Shown: one piece after another, positions 1 to 9,881 of the stretch
Numbering within the stretch: the stretch's first letter is position 1
How the letters are laid out: each line of letters opens with the position of its first letter
NCBI GenBank assembly: GCA_016197005.1
Contig: JACPWO010000002.1
Span: 146,178-210,177, forward strand
Origin: Candidatus Anderseniibacteriota bacterium
GTDB taxonomy: Bacteria > Patescibacteriota > Andersenbacteria > UBA10190
Direction: 5' to 3'
Length of the DNA: 64,000 nt
The notes under the pieces: model-generated
The model's input: only the letters and a program-made list of their open reading frames with translations
Database searches by the model: none
What the model was told of the DNA's origin: nothing
Program-made: the position numbers and the translations under genes

Positions 1-231
1 ATTGATACGCAGCATGAAGTAAAAGAGATTATTCTCACTGGTGGCGGCTCTAACTTACCGACGCTGGAACAAGCATTCCTCCGGCATTTTGATAACGTTC
101 ATATGCAGCGCGGAAATCCATGGGTAAACGTAGTAAATGAACACGCCACTCATCGTTTACCAGTAGAACTTACAGATTCAGTACGATATAGTACAGCGCT
201 CGGACTGGCTCTTCGCCCTGTTATTCTATGA
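1..231 (+). CDS. pilM: Type IV pilus assembly protein PilM, C-terminal part (5' truncated by window)
   Basis: Frame 1 reads ...EIILTGGGSNLP...GNPW...STALGLALR*, the actin-like PilM C-terminus; its stop overlaps the next ATG. Confidence 0.85.
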   Translation: MDTQHEVKEIILTGGGSNLPTLEQAFLRHFDNVHMQRGNPWVNVVNEHATHRLPVELTDSVRYSTALGLALRPVIL

Positions 232-770
232 AAGATTTAATTAATCTTATGCCGCCCGCCGCTAAGCAACGGCGCGTGCGATATCTTTATATAAAGCGAG
301 CCAAGGCACTCTACACCACGCTTCTTTTAGTGTTGATTATTATCGGTGCTGGCTATGGTGTTGTATGTGGAGTATTTTGGCAGGCCTCTCGTGACGCGAG
401 CGCTCAGCTTTCCTTGGATTCCAGTAAAACGAGTAATGCCACTCAACAAACCGAGCAGATTAATACTCTCCTAAAAGAGGCAAAGGAGCGACTGTACGAT
501 CAGCGTCCGTGGTTACCAGATGTCGCAGCGGCACTGAAGTTGGTACCAGCTGAAGTCACAATTACCGCTGTCGAAATTGCTCCCGTGGAAATTGCAGTGG
601 AGGACAAAGTTATTGCTATAAGCGGACAATCCAATTCTCGATCAGCTACCCTCCAATTTCAAAAAAATCTTGAGGGTTTGCCCTGGGTAAAAACCGTAGA
701 AGCACCTTTGCAGAATTTTGCTAGTGGACCTGATGTTTCATTCCGATTTACTTTAACGCGCAAGCCATGA
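228..770 (+). CDS. pilN: PilN-like protein
   Basis: N-terminal INLMP motif, one TM helix, ferredoxin-like C-terminal region; follows pilM. Confidence 0.8.
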   Translation: MKDLINLMPPAAKQRRVRYLYIKRAKALYTTLLLVLIIIGAGYGVVCGVFWQASRDASAQLSLDSSKTSNATQQTEQINTLLKEAKERLYDQRPWLPDVAAALKLVPAEVTITAVEIAPVEIAVEDKVIAISGQSNSRSATLQFQKNLEGLPWVKTVEAPLQNFASGPDVSFRFTLTRKP

Positions 771-1357
771 AGTCACTTTGGATAGATTGGAGTATTCGTA
801 TTGGCATCCTCATACTGGTTTGTGCTGGACTTTATATATTACATAACCAAGCAATGGCAGCTCGCAATGCGTATACTGCGGCTATAAACGAGTTAGAACA
901 AACTCCACTGCGTCTGCTTGAATCAGCCAGTCGGGCGGCTGACTTATCTCGTCGAGAATTTGATATCAGTCGGATACAGCATCTACTCGTGCCTCGGAAT
1001 CAAATTGTTGATGTCGTGAGCGCAATTGAAGCGCAAGCCAAACGCCACCAGGTAGAAGTAAGTATTCCAGAAATTGTCGAGTCGGAAGAAGCTGGAGGTG
1101 TCATTCAAGATATTACAGTTCGAGTCTCGGTTGATGGTAATCCGGAGAATATAGTGGATTTTTCTCACAGTGTTGAACATTTGCCTTATTTGTTAAATGT
1201 AGAGAGATGGTCACTCTCGACTCGTAGCTTTGCTGTTCCACAGTCCGCTGCCCAGGCACCAACTTCTCGGACTACTGAAGTTACTGCCATCACCGGGCAC
1301 GCCGAAATTGAAATTATTGTAGTCGTAAGTAATACAAGTGATGAAAACCCCAAGTAA
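767..1357 (+). CDS. pilO: PilO-like protein
   Basis: N-terminal TM, coiled coil, VEHLPYLLNVE motif; position after pilN. Confidence 0.65.
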   Translation: MKSLWIDWSIRIGILILVCAGLYILHNQAMAARNAYTAAINELEQTPLRLLESASRAADLSRREFDISRIQHLLVPRNQIVDVVSAIEAQAKRHQVEVSIPEIVESEEAGGVIQDITVRVSVDGNPENIVDFSHSVEHLPYLLNVERWSLSTRSFAVPQSAAQAPTSRTTEVTAITGHAEIEIIVVVSNTSDENPK

Positions 1358-1655
1358 AAAATTAAAAACCAAATTACGTCACCGCCATTTTGGCGTGGCC
1401 GTTAAAGAAAGGGTGCAGACGCTTTTTCTGCACCGCTATCGCTTATTGCAATACACTGTTTTAGTAGTAGGGGCTTTAGCGAGTGCAGCTGTCGCTGCGT
1501 CGTTGCTTCTGCGAGAAGGGGAGTTGTCAGAGAGTAACAGAGAAGCGCCGGTACGACTTAATGTTGATGTTGCTGATGAGCTGGAGCTTGCAATTGAAAA
1601 TCGACAGACGGCATATGAGAATCCGCCAGGAGTATCTCCTAACATATTCGAGTAA
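1338..1655 (+). CDS. Small single-TM protein ending in NIFE (PilP-position gene)
   Basis: 105-aa ORF, one TM, overlaps pilO stop. Confidence 0.55.
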   Translation: MMKTPSKKLKTKLRHRHFGVAVKERVQTLFLHRYRLLQYTVLVVGALASAAVAASLLLREGELSESNREAPVRLNVDVADELELAIENRQTAYENPPGVSPNIFE

Positions 1656-1664
1656 TATACATAT

Positions 1665-2702
1665 ATGGTTGGCATAGATATCTCAGATCGTTCTATTAAA
1701 GTAGCGGAGGTCTCGGAGGGACAGTCGCAACATATTGTTTCTGTTTGTTGGAGTTCACTGCCACCAGGGGCACTTCAGCGTGGAATTGTACAAAATGCTC
1801 CCCTGATTATTGAGGCAATTACCCAAGCCTTTCAAAAATGTTCACCGGTGCCAGTTAAGAAACGATCAGTTATTGCCTCTATACCTGAGGTACGATCTTT
1901 TGTGCGCGTCCTTGAATTACCCGCTATGGCGGAAGAAGAGCTTGATGAAGCCATAAAGTGGGCAGTACGACAACACATTCCCTTTGATTTGGAGCGTATG
2001 TACATCGATTGGGAACCAGTTGGTGAGCCAGATTTAAGTGGGCGTCGACAGGTGCTAGTGGGAGCGGCTCAACGTGATGTAGTAAATCCACTACTGGAAG
2101 TGCTGGAAGCGGCCGGACTACGGGTCACGGCTTTAGAGTTAGAAGCACAAGCAATTGTTCGCAGCCTTTTGCCGCTTGATCGCAGAGGCGTACAAGGTGT
2201 TTTAATTGTTGATTTAGGAGCCACGACAACGAATATTATTTATGTAAATGCTGGATCACTGCGCTTTTCTACAAGTATTGAGGTGGGGGGAGACACGCTT
2301 ACGTGGCAATTAGCCGGTTCGCTTCACTTGCAGCCAGCGGTAGCGGACGAAAAGAAAGCAGAAATTGGATTGCGCCAACAACAAGATCAGGACGTAGCCA
2401 CGGCGCTTCGTATTGCGACGCTGGAACTTGCGCGAAAGGTAGAAAAGGTTGTCCGGGAAGTAGGAACGCAAGAAGGCTCACAACAAGCAGTGCGAGAAAT
2501 TTTGTTAGCAGGCGGAGCCGCTAATTTGCCTGGCATCATTGAAATCTTTGCCGAAATATTTCCAGGCATTCCAATTCAGATGGGTAACCCCTGGACAAAT
2601 CTGGTGCGAGAAGAAGAAAAGTCATTTCAAATGTCACCACAAGATGCTAGTCACTTTGCCACTGCCTTGGGACTAGCCTTACGACAAGATGTCTCGACAT
2701 GA
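1665..2702 (+). CDS. pilM: Type IV pilus assembly protein PilM (second copy)
   Basis: VGIDISDRSIK, VDLGATTT, LAGGAANLPG, GNPW, TALGLALR motifs. Confidence 0.92.
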   Translation: MVGIDISDRSIKVAEVSEGQSQHIVSVCWSSLPPGALQRGIVQNAPLIIEAITQAFQKCSPVPVKKRSVIASIPEVRSFVRVLELPAMAEEELDEAIKWAVRQHIPFDLERMYIDWEPVGEPDLSGRRQVLVGAAQRDVVNPLLEVLEAAGLRVTALELEAQAIVRSLLPLDRRGVQGVLIVDLGATTTNIIYVNAGSLRFSTSIEVGGDTLTWQLAGSLHLQPAVADEKKAEIGLRQQQDQDVATALRIATLELARKVEKVVREVGTQEGSQQAVREILLAGGAANLPGIIEIFAEIFPGIPIQMGNPWTNLVREEEKSFQMSPQDASHFATALGLALRQDVST

Positions 2703-3430
2703 AAGCAGTAAGTACACTTCGTAAATCTAACGTGAAGGTTCTTATTCTCGGTTGTTTATTCTTGGTGGCCTTAGCCGCGCTGCAACCGTATGTATGGCGG
2801 CTCGTGAGTGCGACTTCTCGCTTAGTAGAAGAGCGTCGGGCGGCGGTTTTACAGCTCAACAATATTCAGACAATTGTTGCTGACTTAGAGCAAGTTGAGC
2901 AATCGGCTGAGGCGACATCAGCGCAGCTTTCTCAAGTACTCATTAGTGAAGATGAAGTAACGCAAGCAGTAGAACGACTAGAACGAGAAGCAGACAAGCG
3001 TGGGTTACAACTGAAGGTAGAAAATATTCAGCGAGTCACGAACCAGGCGAGCGATATTAATTTAACTCAGTTGGTAGTAACCATTACGGCTTTTGGAGCG
3101 GCAGATAAGTTATTTGAATATATTGATGCCGTTGAGCATTTCCCGGAAATTATGTTTACGCGGGATTTTGTCTTGCGCCAAGCACCTGCTCGTTCGAAGG
3201 ATGGCGCAGTAGTCCATGCACTTAACATGAATGCCGTCTTTTATATGAATACTCCAGCAACGGTTGCGACTGAAGGTGATTCTACTCAAAATCGTGGTGC
3301 TCCCACTGATCTTGGTGGCGTTTCTCCGCGTGATGCGCTTTATTGGAGTAGTGTCGGAATTGTCGGCATCGGCGGTGTCTTGCTGCTAGGTGGAATAATC
3401 ATGATGATTAAGCGTAGAACACTTATTTAA
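2699..3430 (+). CDS. PilO-like protein with extra C-terminal TM helix
   Basis: N-terminal TM, coiled coil, VEHFPEIM motif similar to 767..1357, C-terminal hydrophobic helix plus KRR. Confidence 0.6.
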   Translation: MKAVSTLRKSNVKVLILGCLFLVALAALQPYVWRLVSATSRLVEERRAAVLQLNNIQTIVADLEQVEQSAEATSAQLSQVLISEDEVTQAVERLEREADKRGLQLKVENIQRVTNQASDINLTQLVVTITAFGAADKLFEYIDAVEHFPEIMFTRDFVLRQAPARSKDGAVVHALNMNAVFYMNTPATVATEGDSTQNRGAPTDLGGVSPRDALYWSSVGIVGIGGVLLLGGIIMMIKRRTLI

Positions 3431-3433
3431 TCT

Positions 3434-3808
3434 ATGGCTTCTTTCAAAAAACAAGGATTGCAGCAAGTAGGAGGTCGTGTTGGCCGGCGGGTGGCTAAAT
3501 TTATAGCTGGTCGAACAATGTTTTTGTTATTACTTTTAGCCAGCGTGACGTTAAGTGGAATTTTTGTGTGGCAGCGAGCGGTTAGCTCGCTCCTTGAAGA
3601 ACCTATCATACCAGCTGATCAGGTAGCAGCTACTGTCCAGCTTAGTACGCAAGAACTACAGTCCATCATTGAACGCCGGGCGCAGCGTATTAACTTTACT
3701 CCTCGCTCGTTTGCTCGATTTAACCGCCTGTTTCCAGGTACCGCTGCTTCACCTTCAACTTCACCGATACCCTCTCCTTCCCCAACAGTCAGTCCTGCGG
3801 CAGGATAA
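3434..3808 (+). CDS. Single-TM hypothetical protein with Pro/Ser tail
   Basis: 124-aa ORF tightly packed in pilus operon. Confidence 0.55.
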   Translation: MASFKKQGLQQVGGRVGRRVAKFIAGRTMFLLLLLASVTLSGIFVWQRAVSSLLEEPIIPADQVAATVQLSTQELQSIIERRAQRINFTPRSFARFNRLFPGTAASPSTSPIPSPSPTVSPAAG

Positions 3809-3812
3809 AGAT

Positions 3813-4226
3813 ATGTCGCAAACTCGTGTATTGGCTTTTGGCTCCTTTGATATTCTCCATGAGGGGCACAAATATTTTTTGACGGAGGCTCGTAAAACAG
3901 GAGACTACCTCACGGTTGTTGTGTCCCGGGATGGATATATTCGGGACAGTAAGAGGCGAGAGCCTTCAGTGCGTGAGGAGGAACGGGTAGAAGCAGTTAC
4001 AAAGCTGGCTATTGCTGATGAGGTAATGCTTGGAGACGAGGCATCGGGGTATGGGCTGCTCAAAGAGCTTTCGTTTGATGTTCTGGTGGTGGGCTATGAT
4101 CAAAAGCCAAGTGATACTGCTATTCGTCGTCTTTTGGATGATGCCGGCAAAAAGGAAGTGCGGCTGGTACGGCTGCCACCATATAAGCCAGAGACATATA
4201 AATCCTCACTCCTGCGGAAAGCATAG
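3813..4226 (+). CDS. Cytidylyltransferase-family protein, archaeal-type FAD synthase (RibL)-like
   Basis: FGSFDILHEGH (HxGH) motif, VGYDQ, C-terminal YKSS; start taken at ATG 3813. Confidence 0.8.
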   Translation: MSQTRVLAFGSFDILHEGHKYFLTEARKTGDYLTVVVSRDGYIRDSKRREPSVREEERVEAVTKLAIADEVMLGDEASGYGLLKELSFDVLVVGYDQKPSDTAIRRLLDDAGKKEVRLVRLPPYKPETYKSSLLRKA

Positions 4227-4244
4227 GCGTGCTAGGATAGGTAC

Positions 4245-4796
4245 ATGCGGGAAATAAATCTCCTTCCCACCCCTCGCCGCACTTTTCTGCGTCGACAGTG
4301 GATATATGACTCACTGCGGCGTTTTGTGTTTAACATAAATGTCGCTCTGATTATTATGACGGCGGTAGCGCTTGCTACGTTGGCCGGGTTACGTAGCGTT
4401 TCTTTCTTTACCTCAGCTGATGCGGAATCTACTATTCCTGAATATCTAGGAAAGTATCAAGCCACTAAACAAGCAATTGAAGAAAAGAATCGGCTCATTG
4501 CTCAGGCTAGCGCGGCCGACCAAGGTCGAATCATTTGGGGGGATTATATAACCGAGCTTTTAAATGTACTACCGCCCGGCACTCTTGTTGAACGTATTAC
4601 GGCTGATGCGGACCAGGAAGAAATAATGGTCACTGGAGATACGGTAAACCGCAGCTCCTTAACGCTACTGGATGCCCGTATTAAAAGTTTATCGTGGGCG
4701 AAAGAAGTACGTGCGCCACTTACAAACTTACTTGATCGCGAAAACCCAGAGTTTTCCTTCACCATTATTCTGAATAGGAACGCAGCAGAGCCGTAA
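4245..4796 (+). CDS. pilN: PilN-like protein (second copy)
   Basis: INLLP motif, TM, C-terminus resembles 228..770 (W..V.APL.N...F.FT). Confidence 0.8.
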   Translation: MREINLLPTPRRTFLRRQWIYDSLRRFVFNINVALIIMTAVALATLAGLRSVSFFTSADAESTIPEYLGKYQATKQAIEEKNRLIAQASAADQGRIIWGDYITELLNVLPPGTLVERITADADQEEIMVTGDTVNRSSLTLLDARIKSLSWAKEVRAPLTNLLDRENPEFSFTIILNRNAAEP

Positions 4797-4859
4797 TCTC
4801 CCTTTACACGAGAATCCTTTTCTACTACCCTTAAGTCTCTTAGGTAGTAGCTCTTTTTT

Positions 4860-4956
4860 GGGGACGTAGCTCAGTGGGAGAGCGTCAGAGTATTGCTCGT
4901 CTCGCGAGGGGCAATTACAACTCTGAAGGTCGAAGGTTCAAGTCCTTCCGTCTCCA
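4860..4956 (+). tRNA. tRNA-like gene with Ala-type acceptor stem and 25-nt expanded anticodon arm; anticodon undetermined
   Basis: Acceptor GGGGACG/CGTCTCC+A, D arm GCTC/GAGC, anticodon stem TCAGA/TCTGA, variable AGGTC, T arm GAAGG-TTCAAGT-CCTTC; 32 nt between the anticodon-stem strands. Confidence 0.8.
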
Positions 4957-4996
4957 TTTCGCACCCGCTTTGGGTGCTTTTTGTTATACTCATTCT

Positions 4997-5938
4997 ATGG
5001 CTGAACCGATTATCCTTCCTGCAGGCGCAGCAATTGCCATTATTGCCTTCTTGCTGGCTCTACTACCCGCTGGATTCTTTCTGTGGCTATGGTATTTACG
5101 TCGTCGTGACCGCAGTGTCCCGGCGAGCGTTATGGCAGCTGCTTTCGTGAGCGGTCTTTTGCTTATTCCAGCGGCCTTTTGGCTGGAAGAGGGGGGTCAA
5201 AAGATTTGGGCTTTTCTTAGTCCGGCCACCGTTCATTATTTCAGTACCGATACTCTCGCCTTATTTGAATTGCAGGATGCAATTTTACCTGCCATAGCTG
5301 CATTCCTGATTGTAGCCACCGTTGAAGAAGGGCTACGATATATTGTTTTACGGGTGTGGTTCCGCTTTAGCAAAGGCATTGATCAAATATTTGATGGTCT
5401 TATTGTTGGTGTCGGTGTAGGAGTGGGGTTTGCGACACTGGAAAACACACTTTATTTCCTGGATCTTTTCCGAGGTGGTAGTTTTGATACTCTCGTATTC
5501 GTTTTCTTTCTCCGCTTTGCCATTTCAACCTTAGCTCATGTTAGCTTCTCGGGACTGATGGGAGTTTGGTTGGCTAAGAACTCGCTTGAGTTTCTTTCAG
5601 GCAGACGCTACGCCCTGATGGCCTTTTTTATTCCGTGGTTCTTACACGGTCTCTTCGATTGGCTTCTGACAATTGGTATGAGTATGTATGCCGTACTTGT
5701 TTTACTAGCCCCGCTGCTTGTCTTAATCGGTTGGGCAGGGCAGTCCCACATGTTCGTCGTACATAGGCGTAACGGCAAAACATTAGCGGCCGGAGAGGCA
5801 GTAAGTTCTAGAGAAGTACGGGCCGTGAATAAACTTATGCAAACGCAGGATTCACCATGGAATAAATACGCTCCCTGGCTTTCTCGCACCAAAACATATC
5901 AAAAGATGCTAACATTAATACGTGAAGAAGAACTCTAA
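4997..5938 (+). CDS. prsW: PrsW-family intramembrane protease
   Basis: VEEGLRY, GFATLEN, AH and LHGLFD motifs in a multi-TM protein; the upstream ORF extension overlaps the tRNA-like gene, so start placed at 4997. Confidence 0.85.
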   Translation: MAEPIILPAGAAIAIIAFLLALLPAGFFLWLWYLRRRDRSVPASVMAAAFVSGLLLIPAAFWLEEGGQKIWAFLSPATVHYFSTDTLALFELQDAILPAIAAFLIVATVEEGLRYIVLRVWFRFSKGIDQIFDGLIVGVGVGVGFATLENTLYFLDLFRGGSFDTLVFVFFLRFAISTLAHVSFSGLMGVWLAKNSLEFLSGRRYALMAFFIPWFLHGLFDWLLTIGMSMYAVLVLLAPLLVLIGWAGQSHMFVVHRRNGKTLAAGEAVSSREVRAVNKLMQTQDSPWNKYAPWLSRTKTYQKMLTLIREEEL

Positions 5939-6329
5939 AGTCATTCTCATTGGCGGGTTAATACTGGTTATTGTGCTGCTCGGTGCACTCGTTAGTATGT
6001 TTGGGAATGTAACTATTCGGGCCCTTTCTGAGACTTCTCCCCAACTTACGTTAACGCAGCCAATCCTCCCGGGAGTGCCGTTTACGGTACAGTGGTCAGG
6101 CCTAGAAGTAGCTGATACAGGCACCCCCGCTGCTTTCTATATTCGCTCGGCTAGTAAGGAAATATGGTTATCACAAGCCCTCCTTAGTGATGGGGTGGTT
6201 ACAAGTGAAGTTCCTTGTGAAATTGAAGCTGGTGCGCACCAATTACTCATGAAGGATACGGGGAGTGGAGAAGTACTTGCGACTGCAACGGTAGAAGTAC
6301 TCGAAAGCGGACAAGATTGCGCTTTTTAG
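5922..6329 (+). CDS. Membrane-anchored protein with small beta-sandwich-like domain
   Basis: N-terminal TM, beta-rich remainder; GTG start overlapping prsW. Confidence 0.55.
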   Translation: MKKNSKVILIGGLILVIVLLGALVSMFGNVTIRALSETSPQLTLTQPILPGVPFTVQWSGLEVADTGTPAAFYIRSASKEIWLSQALLSDGVVTSEVPCEIEAGAHQLLMKDTGSGEVLATATVEVLESGQDCAF

Positions 6330-7255
6330 AGCTGCGAGAAATATTCAATTGTTTTGCGGAGTCCTTCTTCTAGAGGGATGTGCGGTTCCCAATTAAGCAC
6401 TTTCTTAGCCAGTGAAATGTCGGGACGACGTTGTCGTGGATCCGCTTCTGGTAAGGGGTGGTACTCTACTTGAGATTTAGATTCTGTCATTTCCACAATT
6501 TTAATTGCGAGCTCTTTCATTGTGAGTTCAGTTGGGTTTCCAATGTTAATAGGTCCAATATGTTTTTCGTTGTTCATAAGAGCTATGAGCCCGGCAACTA
6601 AATCGTCGACGTAGCAAAAAGAGCGAGTTTGTTTTCCTTCGCCGTACATCGTGAGTGGTTTGTCAGCAAGGGCTTGAGTTATGAAATTACTGACGACCCG
6701 TCCATCATCGGGGTGCATGCGTGGGCCGTACGTATTAAATATACGAGCAATGCGAATCTCAATACCGTGTTCACGGTGATAATCCATACATAGTGTTTCC
6801 GCAACACGCTTGCCTTCGTCGTAACACGCTCGTGGTGAAAGCGGACTAACATTCCCATTGTATGTCTCTGGCTGCGGATGAACGTCAGGATCGCCGTATA
6901 CTTCTGAGGTTGACGCTTGGAGGAGACGAGCGCCGGTGCTTTTTGCTAAACCAAGAACATTAATCATGCCAATGGTGTTGGCTTTAACGGTACGGATTGG
7001 ATTTTTCTGGTAATGAATCGGGGAAGCAGGACACGCCAGGTTATATATCTGATCTATTTTTCCCTCAACACGAAGTGGTTCGATAATGTCATGTTCGATG
7101 AGCTCAAATGTGTCTTTTTCTAGAAGATGCTGAATGTTTTTCTTTTGTCCGGTAAAGAAGTTATCGACGCAAATAACTGAGTGACCAGCTTCAACTAAGC
7201 GGTCACATAAGTGACTACCGATGAAACCAGCGCCGCCGGTTAATAAAATCCTCAT
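6326..7255 (-). CDS. UDP-glucuronic acid decarboxylase family (extended SDR)
   Basis: [32 protein letters not shown]. Confidence 0.92.
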   Translation of the reverse strand: MRILLTGGAGFIGSHLCDRLVEAGHSVICVDNFFTGQKKNIQHLLEKDTFELIEHDIIEPLRVEGKIDQIYNLACPASPIHYQKNPIRTVKANTIGMINVLGLAKSTGARLLQASTSEVYGDPDVHPQPETYNGNVSPLSPRACYDEGKRVAETLCMDYHREHGIEIRIARIFNTYGPRMHPDDGRVVSNFITQALADKPLTMYGEGKQTRSFCYVDDLVAGLIALMNNEKHIGPINIGNPTELTMKELAIKIVEMTESKSQVEYHPLPEADPRQRRPDISLAKKVLNWEPHIPLEEGLRKTIEYFSQL

Positions 7256-7270
7256 ACTAAGAGGATTTTA

Positions 7271-7618
7271 TTACTTCTTGACGTGATCGACAATTTTTCC
7301 AAAAAGATCTGGTTGTTCTTTAGCCATCTGAGCCAGCATCTTGCGGTTGATTCCGACCTTCTTTTCTCGCAGGGCATTAATGAACCGAGAGTAGGAAAGA
7401 CCATAGGGACGAACAGCGGCGTTAATGGCAATATGCCAGCCGGCGCGGAAAACTGCTTTTTTCTTGCGACGATCCCGATAGGCATGCTGACCAGCTTTCA
7501 GAATAGCCTCTTTGGCAATCTTAAAGACAGTACGACGACGACCACGGAATCCTTTCGCACGCTTTAACCACTTCTTATGACGGGCTCGTTTAACAACACT
7601 GCGAGGAGCTTTAGGCAT
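7271..7618 (-). CDS. rplT: 50S ribosomal protein L20
   Basis: AKGFRGRR, AYRDRRKKK, SYSRFI, NRKMLA. Confidence 0.97.
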   Translation of the reverse strand: MPKAPRSVVKRARHKKWLKRAKGFRGRRRTVFKIAKEAILKAGQHAYRDRRKKKAVFRAGWHIAINAAVRPYGLSYSRFINALREKKVGINRKMLAQMAKEQPDLFGKIVDHVKK

Positions 7619-7623
7619 AGATA

Positions 7624-7821
7624 TTAGGCGTAAGGGAGAAGATCTTGAATTCGACGGCTGTCAGTACTTGAAACATTCTGATCAGGGTGTTTGCGACGAG
7701 TTTCATTACCAGTAGCTTTAGCATTGAAATGTGCCTGGTGGACAGCTCGGTGTTGCACTTTCCCATTAGAGGAAACGCTGAAACGCTTCATAGCTGCTCG
7801 CTTTGTTTTCTGTTTAGGCAT
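7624..7821 (-). CDS. rpmI: 50S ribosomal protein L35
   Basis: MPKQKTKRAAMKRF, C-terminal LLPY; between infC and rplT. Confidence 0.95.
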   Translation of the reverse strand: MPKQKTKRAAMKRFSVSSNGKVQHRAVHQAHFNAKATGNETRRKHPDQNVSSTDSRRIQDLLPYA

Positions 7822-7836
7822 ACGGCTATTGATACA

Positions 7837-8391
7837 TTATCTCTTGACCGCCGTCAACAGCACCGATAAGGCATTTCCGGCTCGAGAGATTTTATCTTCG
7901 GGGCGAGCGCCGCCTGGGACTTCCGTAATAAACTGCTCCATCTTTTTGTATGCTAAATCTGCTCGTTGACGCTCCCGTCCGCGTAGGCGCACTTCTATCT
8001 TGACCTTATGTCCTTCTTCTAAGAAGCGAGCCGTTTGTTGCAGTCGGAGTTGCCAGTCATTGCCGCTAGTTTTAAAACCAAGACGGATACCTTTAATGTC
8101 CTTTCCCTTCGTTTTTGCCTTCTGTTTGGCCTCTTTTTTCCGTTGCTCGTACATATGTTTTCCGAGGTCTAAAATGCGGACAACTGGCGGATCAGTCTTT
8201 TGGGCAACAATTACTAAATCTGATTCAGCCTCGGCTGCTTTAAGACGAGCTTCTTCAATCGTAACAACGCCTAACTGAGTGCCGTCAGCGCCAATGAGCC
8301 GCACGGTTTCCGAGCGGATCTCATCATTAGCCGGCGGGCGTTTTACCTGCGGCTTTGGTCGATATCTGAATCGTCTACGTCGAGCTGGCAT
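7837..8391 (-). CDS. infC: Translation initiation factor IF-3
   Basis: NDEIR..VRLI, PPVVRILDLGK, FLEEGHKVK, LRGRE; start at ATG 8391 inferred. Confidence 0.95.
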   Translation of the reverse strand: MPARRRRFRYRPKPQVKRPPANDEIRSETVRLIGADGTQLGVVTIEEARLKAAEAESDLVIVAQKTDPPVVRILDLGKHMYEQRKKEAKQKAKTKGKDIKGIRLGFKTSGNDWQLRLQQTARFLEEGHKVKIEVRLRGRERQRADLAYKKMEQFITEVPGGARPEDKISRAGNALSVLLTAVKR

Positions 8392-8466
8392 GCGGCTTAT
8401 CTTAGGGGAAATATGCTCGCAGATCAACTGCCGTTGCCATATAATGAACATAAAAGAAACACCTCT

Positions 8467-9546
8467 ATGCAAAAGCGAATTGTAGCTCACTTTGATATGG
8501 ATGCCTTCTTTGCCGCTATTGAAGAGCGGGATAATCCTCGTTTTCGCGGAATGCCCATTGTCGTGGGAGCAGATCCGCAACGTGGCAGTGGTCGTGGCGT
8601 AGTGTCTACTGCTAATTATGCTGCTCGGGCATTTGGTATTGGCTCGGCTATGCCCATAACGAGAGCTTGGAAGCTCGCTCAGCTGGCCCAGCAGCGAGGA
8701 GAGCCAGCCACTATTTTTCTGCCTGGTAGTTGGCGTCGGTACAACGAATCTTCAGATCGGATTATGGCTATCGTTAAAAAGTTAACTCCGATGATGCAAC
8801 AGCGAAGTGTGGATGAAGCCTATGCGGATATATCTCACGTAGGATCAACTGAAGCGGCAACTGCACTGGCGAGGAAGATTAAGGAAGAAATTGCTGCGAC
8901 GGAAAAATTAACGTGCTCAGTTGGTATTGGTCCGAATAAGTTAGTGGCAAAAATTGCATCAGATTTTGATAAACCGGATGGGTTTACGATCGTCGATGAA
9001 AGTGCGGTCGAGCAGTTTTTAGCACCGCTACCAGTTCGGGCAATTCCAGGAATTGGTCCTAAGACCGAAGAGCGGCTTAAAGAAATAGGCGTTGCAACAA
9101 TTAAAGATTTATACCGGCAATCGGAAAATGATCTTATCGAGAAGTTCGGGTCATGGGGAGAGGAGCTATATCGAAAAGCACGTGGACTTGATGATCGACC
9201 AGTGATGGAAGAGTACGTTCGAAAATCTATTGGGGAGCAGCAGACATTTCCTAAAGACGTATCTGATGCCGGGGTTGTTATTCAAACGATGAGTGAAGTT
9301 GTGCGCAGTGTTTTTTCTTTGCTTCAGGACAAAGGATATACAGGTGCTCGTACCGTTGTGATTACAGTTCGCTTTCATGATTTTGAAACCATTTCCTCAA
9401 TGCACACGGTAAAAGAAACAATGGTTGATTCCCTGACAGTAGAACGAGAAGCAATTCGTTTGCTGCTTCCGTTCTTAGACATGAGGCGGAATCCAAAGAA
9501 AAAGCCGCTTCGCTTGGTGGGCGTGCGGCTGGAAAAGCTGGAGTGA
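8467..9546 (+). CDS. dinB: DNA polymerase IV (Y family)
   Basis: HFDMDAFFA, STANYAAR, SVDEAY, AKIASDFDKPDG. Confidence 0.95.
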   Translation: MQKRIVAHFDMDAFFAAIEERDNPRFRGMPIVVGADPQRGSGRGVVSTANYAARAFGIGSAMPITRAWKLAQLAQQRGEPATIFLPGSWRRYNESSDRIMAIVKKLTPMMQQRSVDEAYADISHVGSTEAATALARKIKEEIAATEKLTCSVGIGPNKLVAKIASDFDKPDGFTIVDESAVEQFLAPLPVRAIPGIGPKTEERLKEIGVATIKDLYRQSENDLIEKFGSWGEELYRKARGLDDRPVMEEYVRKSIGEQQTFPKDVSDAGVVIQTMSEVVRSVFSLLQDKGYTGARTVVITVRFHDFETISSMHTVKETMVDSLTVEREAIRLLLPFLDMRRNPKKKPLRLVGVRLEKLE

Positions 9547-9762
9547 TTACTGTTGTGGAAAATGAGCATCCGTTCTGGCTCGGGGAACAGTCCAAGGAAT
9601 AGACTTCCAGCCACAGCGTCGTTTTCGTTCGTATTCACTCCATCCTTTTTGAATCTGTAGGCAAGCAGCTTGAATTTCTTTAGGGCTGGGAATATATGAT
9701 CCCCTTGAGGCCTTTAGAGCTTCTTCGTGTGTTTCGCCGTCGCTATAGATTTGACAAGGCAT
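9547..9762 (-). CDS. Small ORFan (71 aa)
   Basis: SD CAGGAG upstream of ATG 9762; stop abuts dinB stop. Confidence 0.55.
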   Translation of the reverse strand: MPCQIYSDGETHEEALKASRGSYIPSPKEIQAACLQIQKGWSEYERKRRCGWKSIPWTVPRARTDAHFPQQ

Positions 9763-9881
9763 AAGAACTCCTGCCAAAAGAGAACAATGAGACCCTTTTA
9801 GCCAGGATCACCAGGCATTCGCACCGTATGATTTTTTCTTGTACATGACAAGTGAATTCTTTCTTGAGGTATATTAATGAA

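Noticed and set aside
4874-4996. N-terminal extension of PrsW in the ORF track
   Set aside because: Overlaps the tRNA-like gene; the -10 box supports ATG 4997
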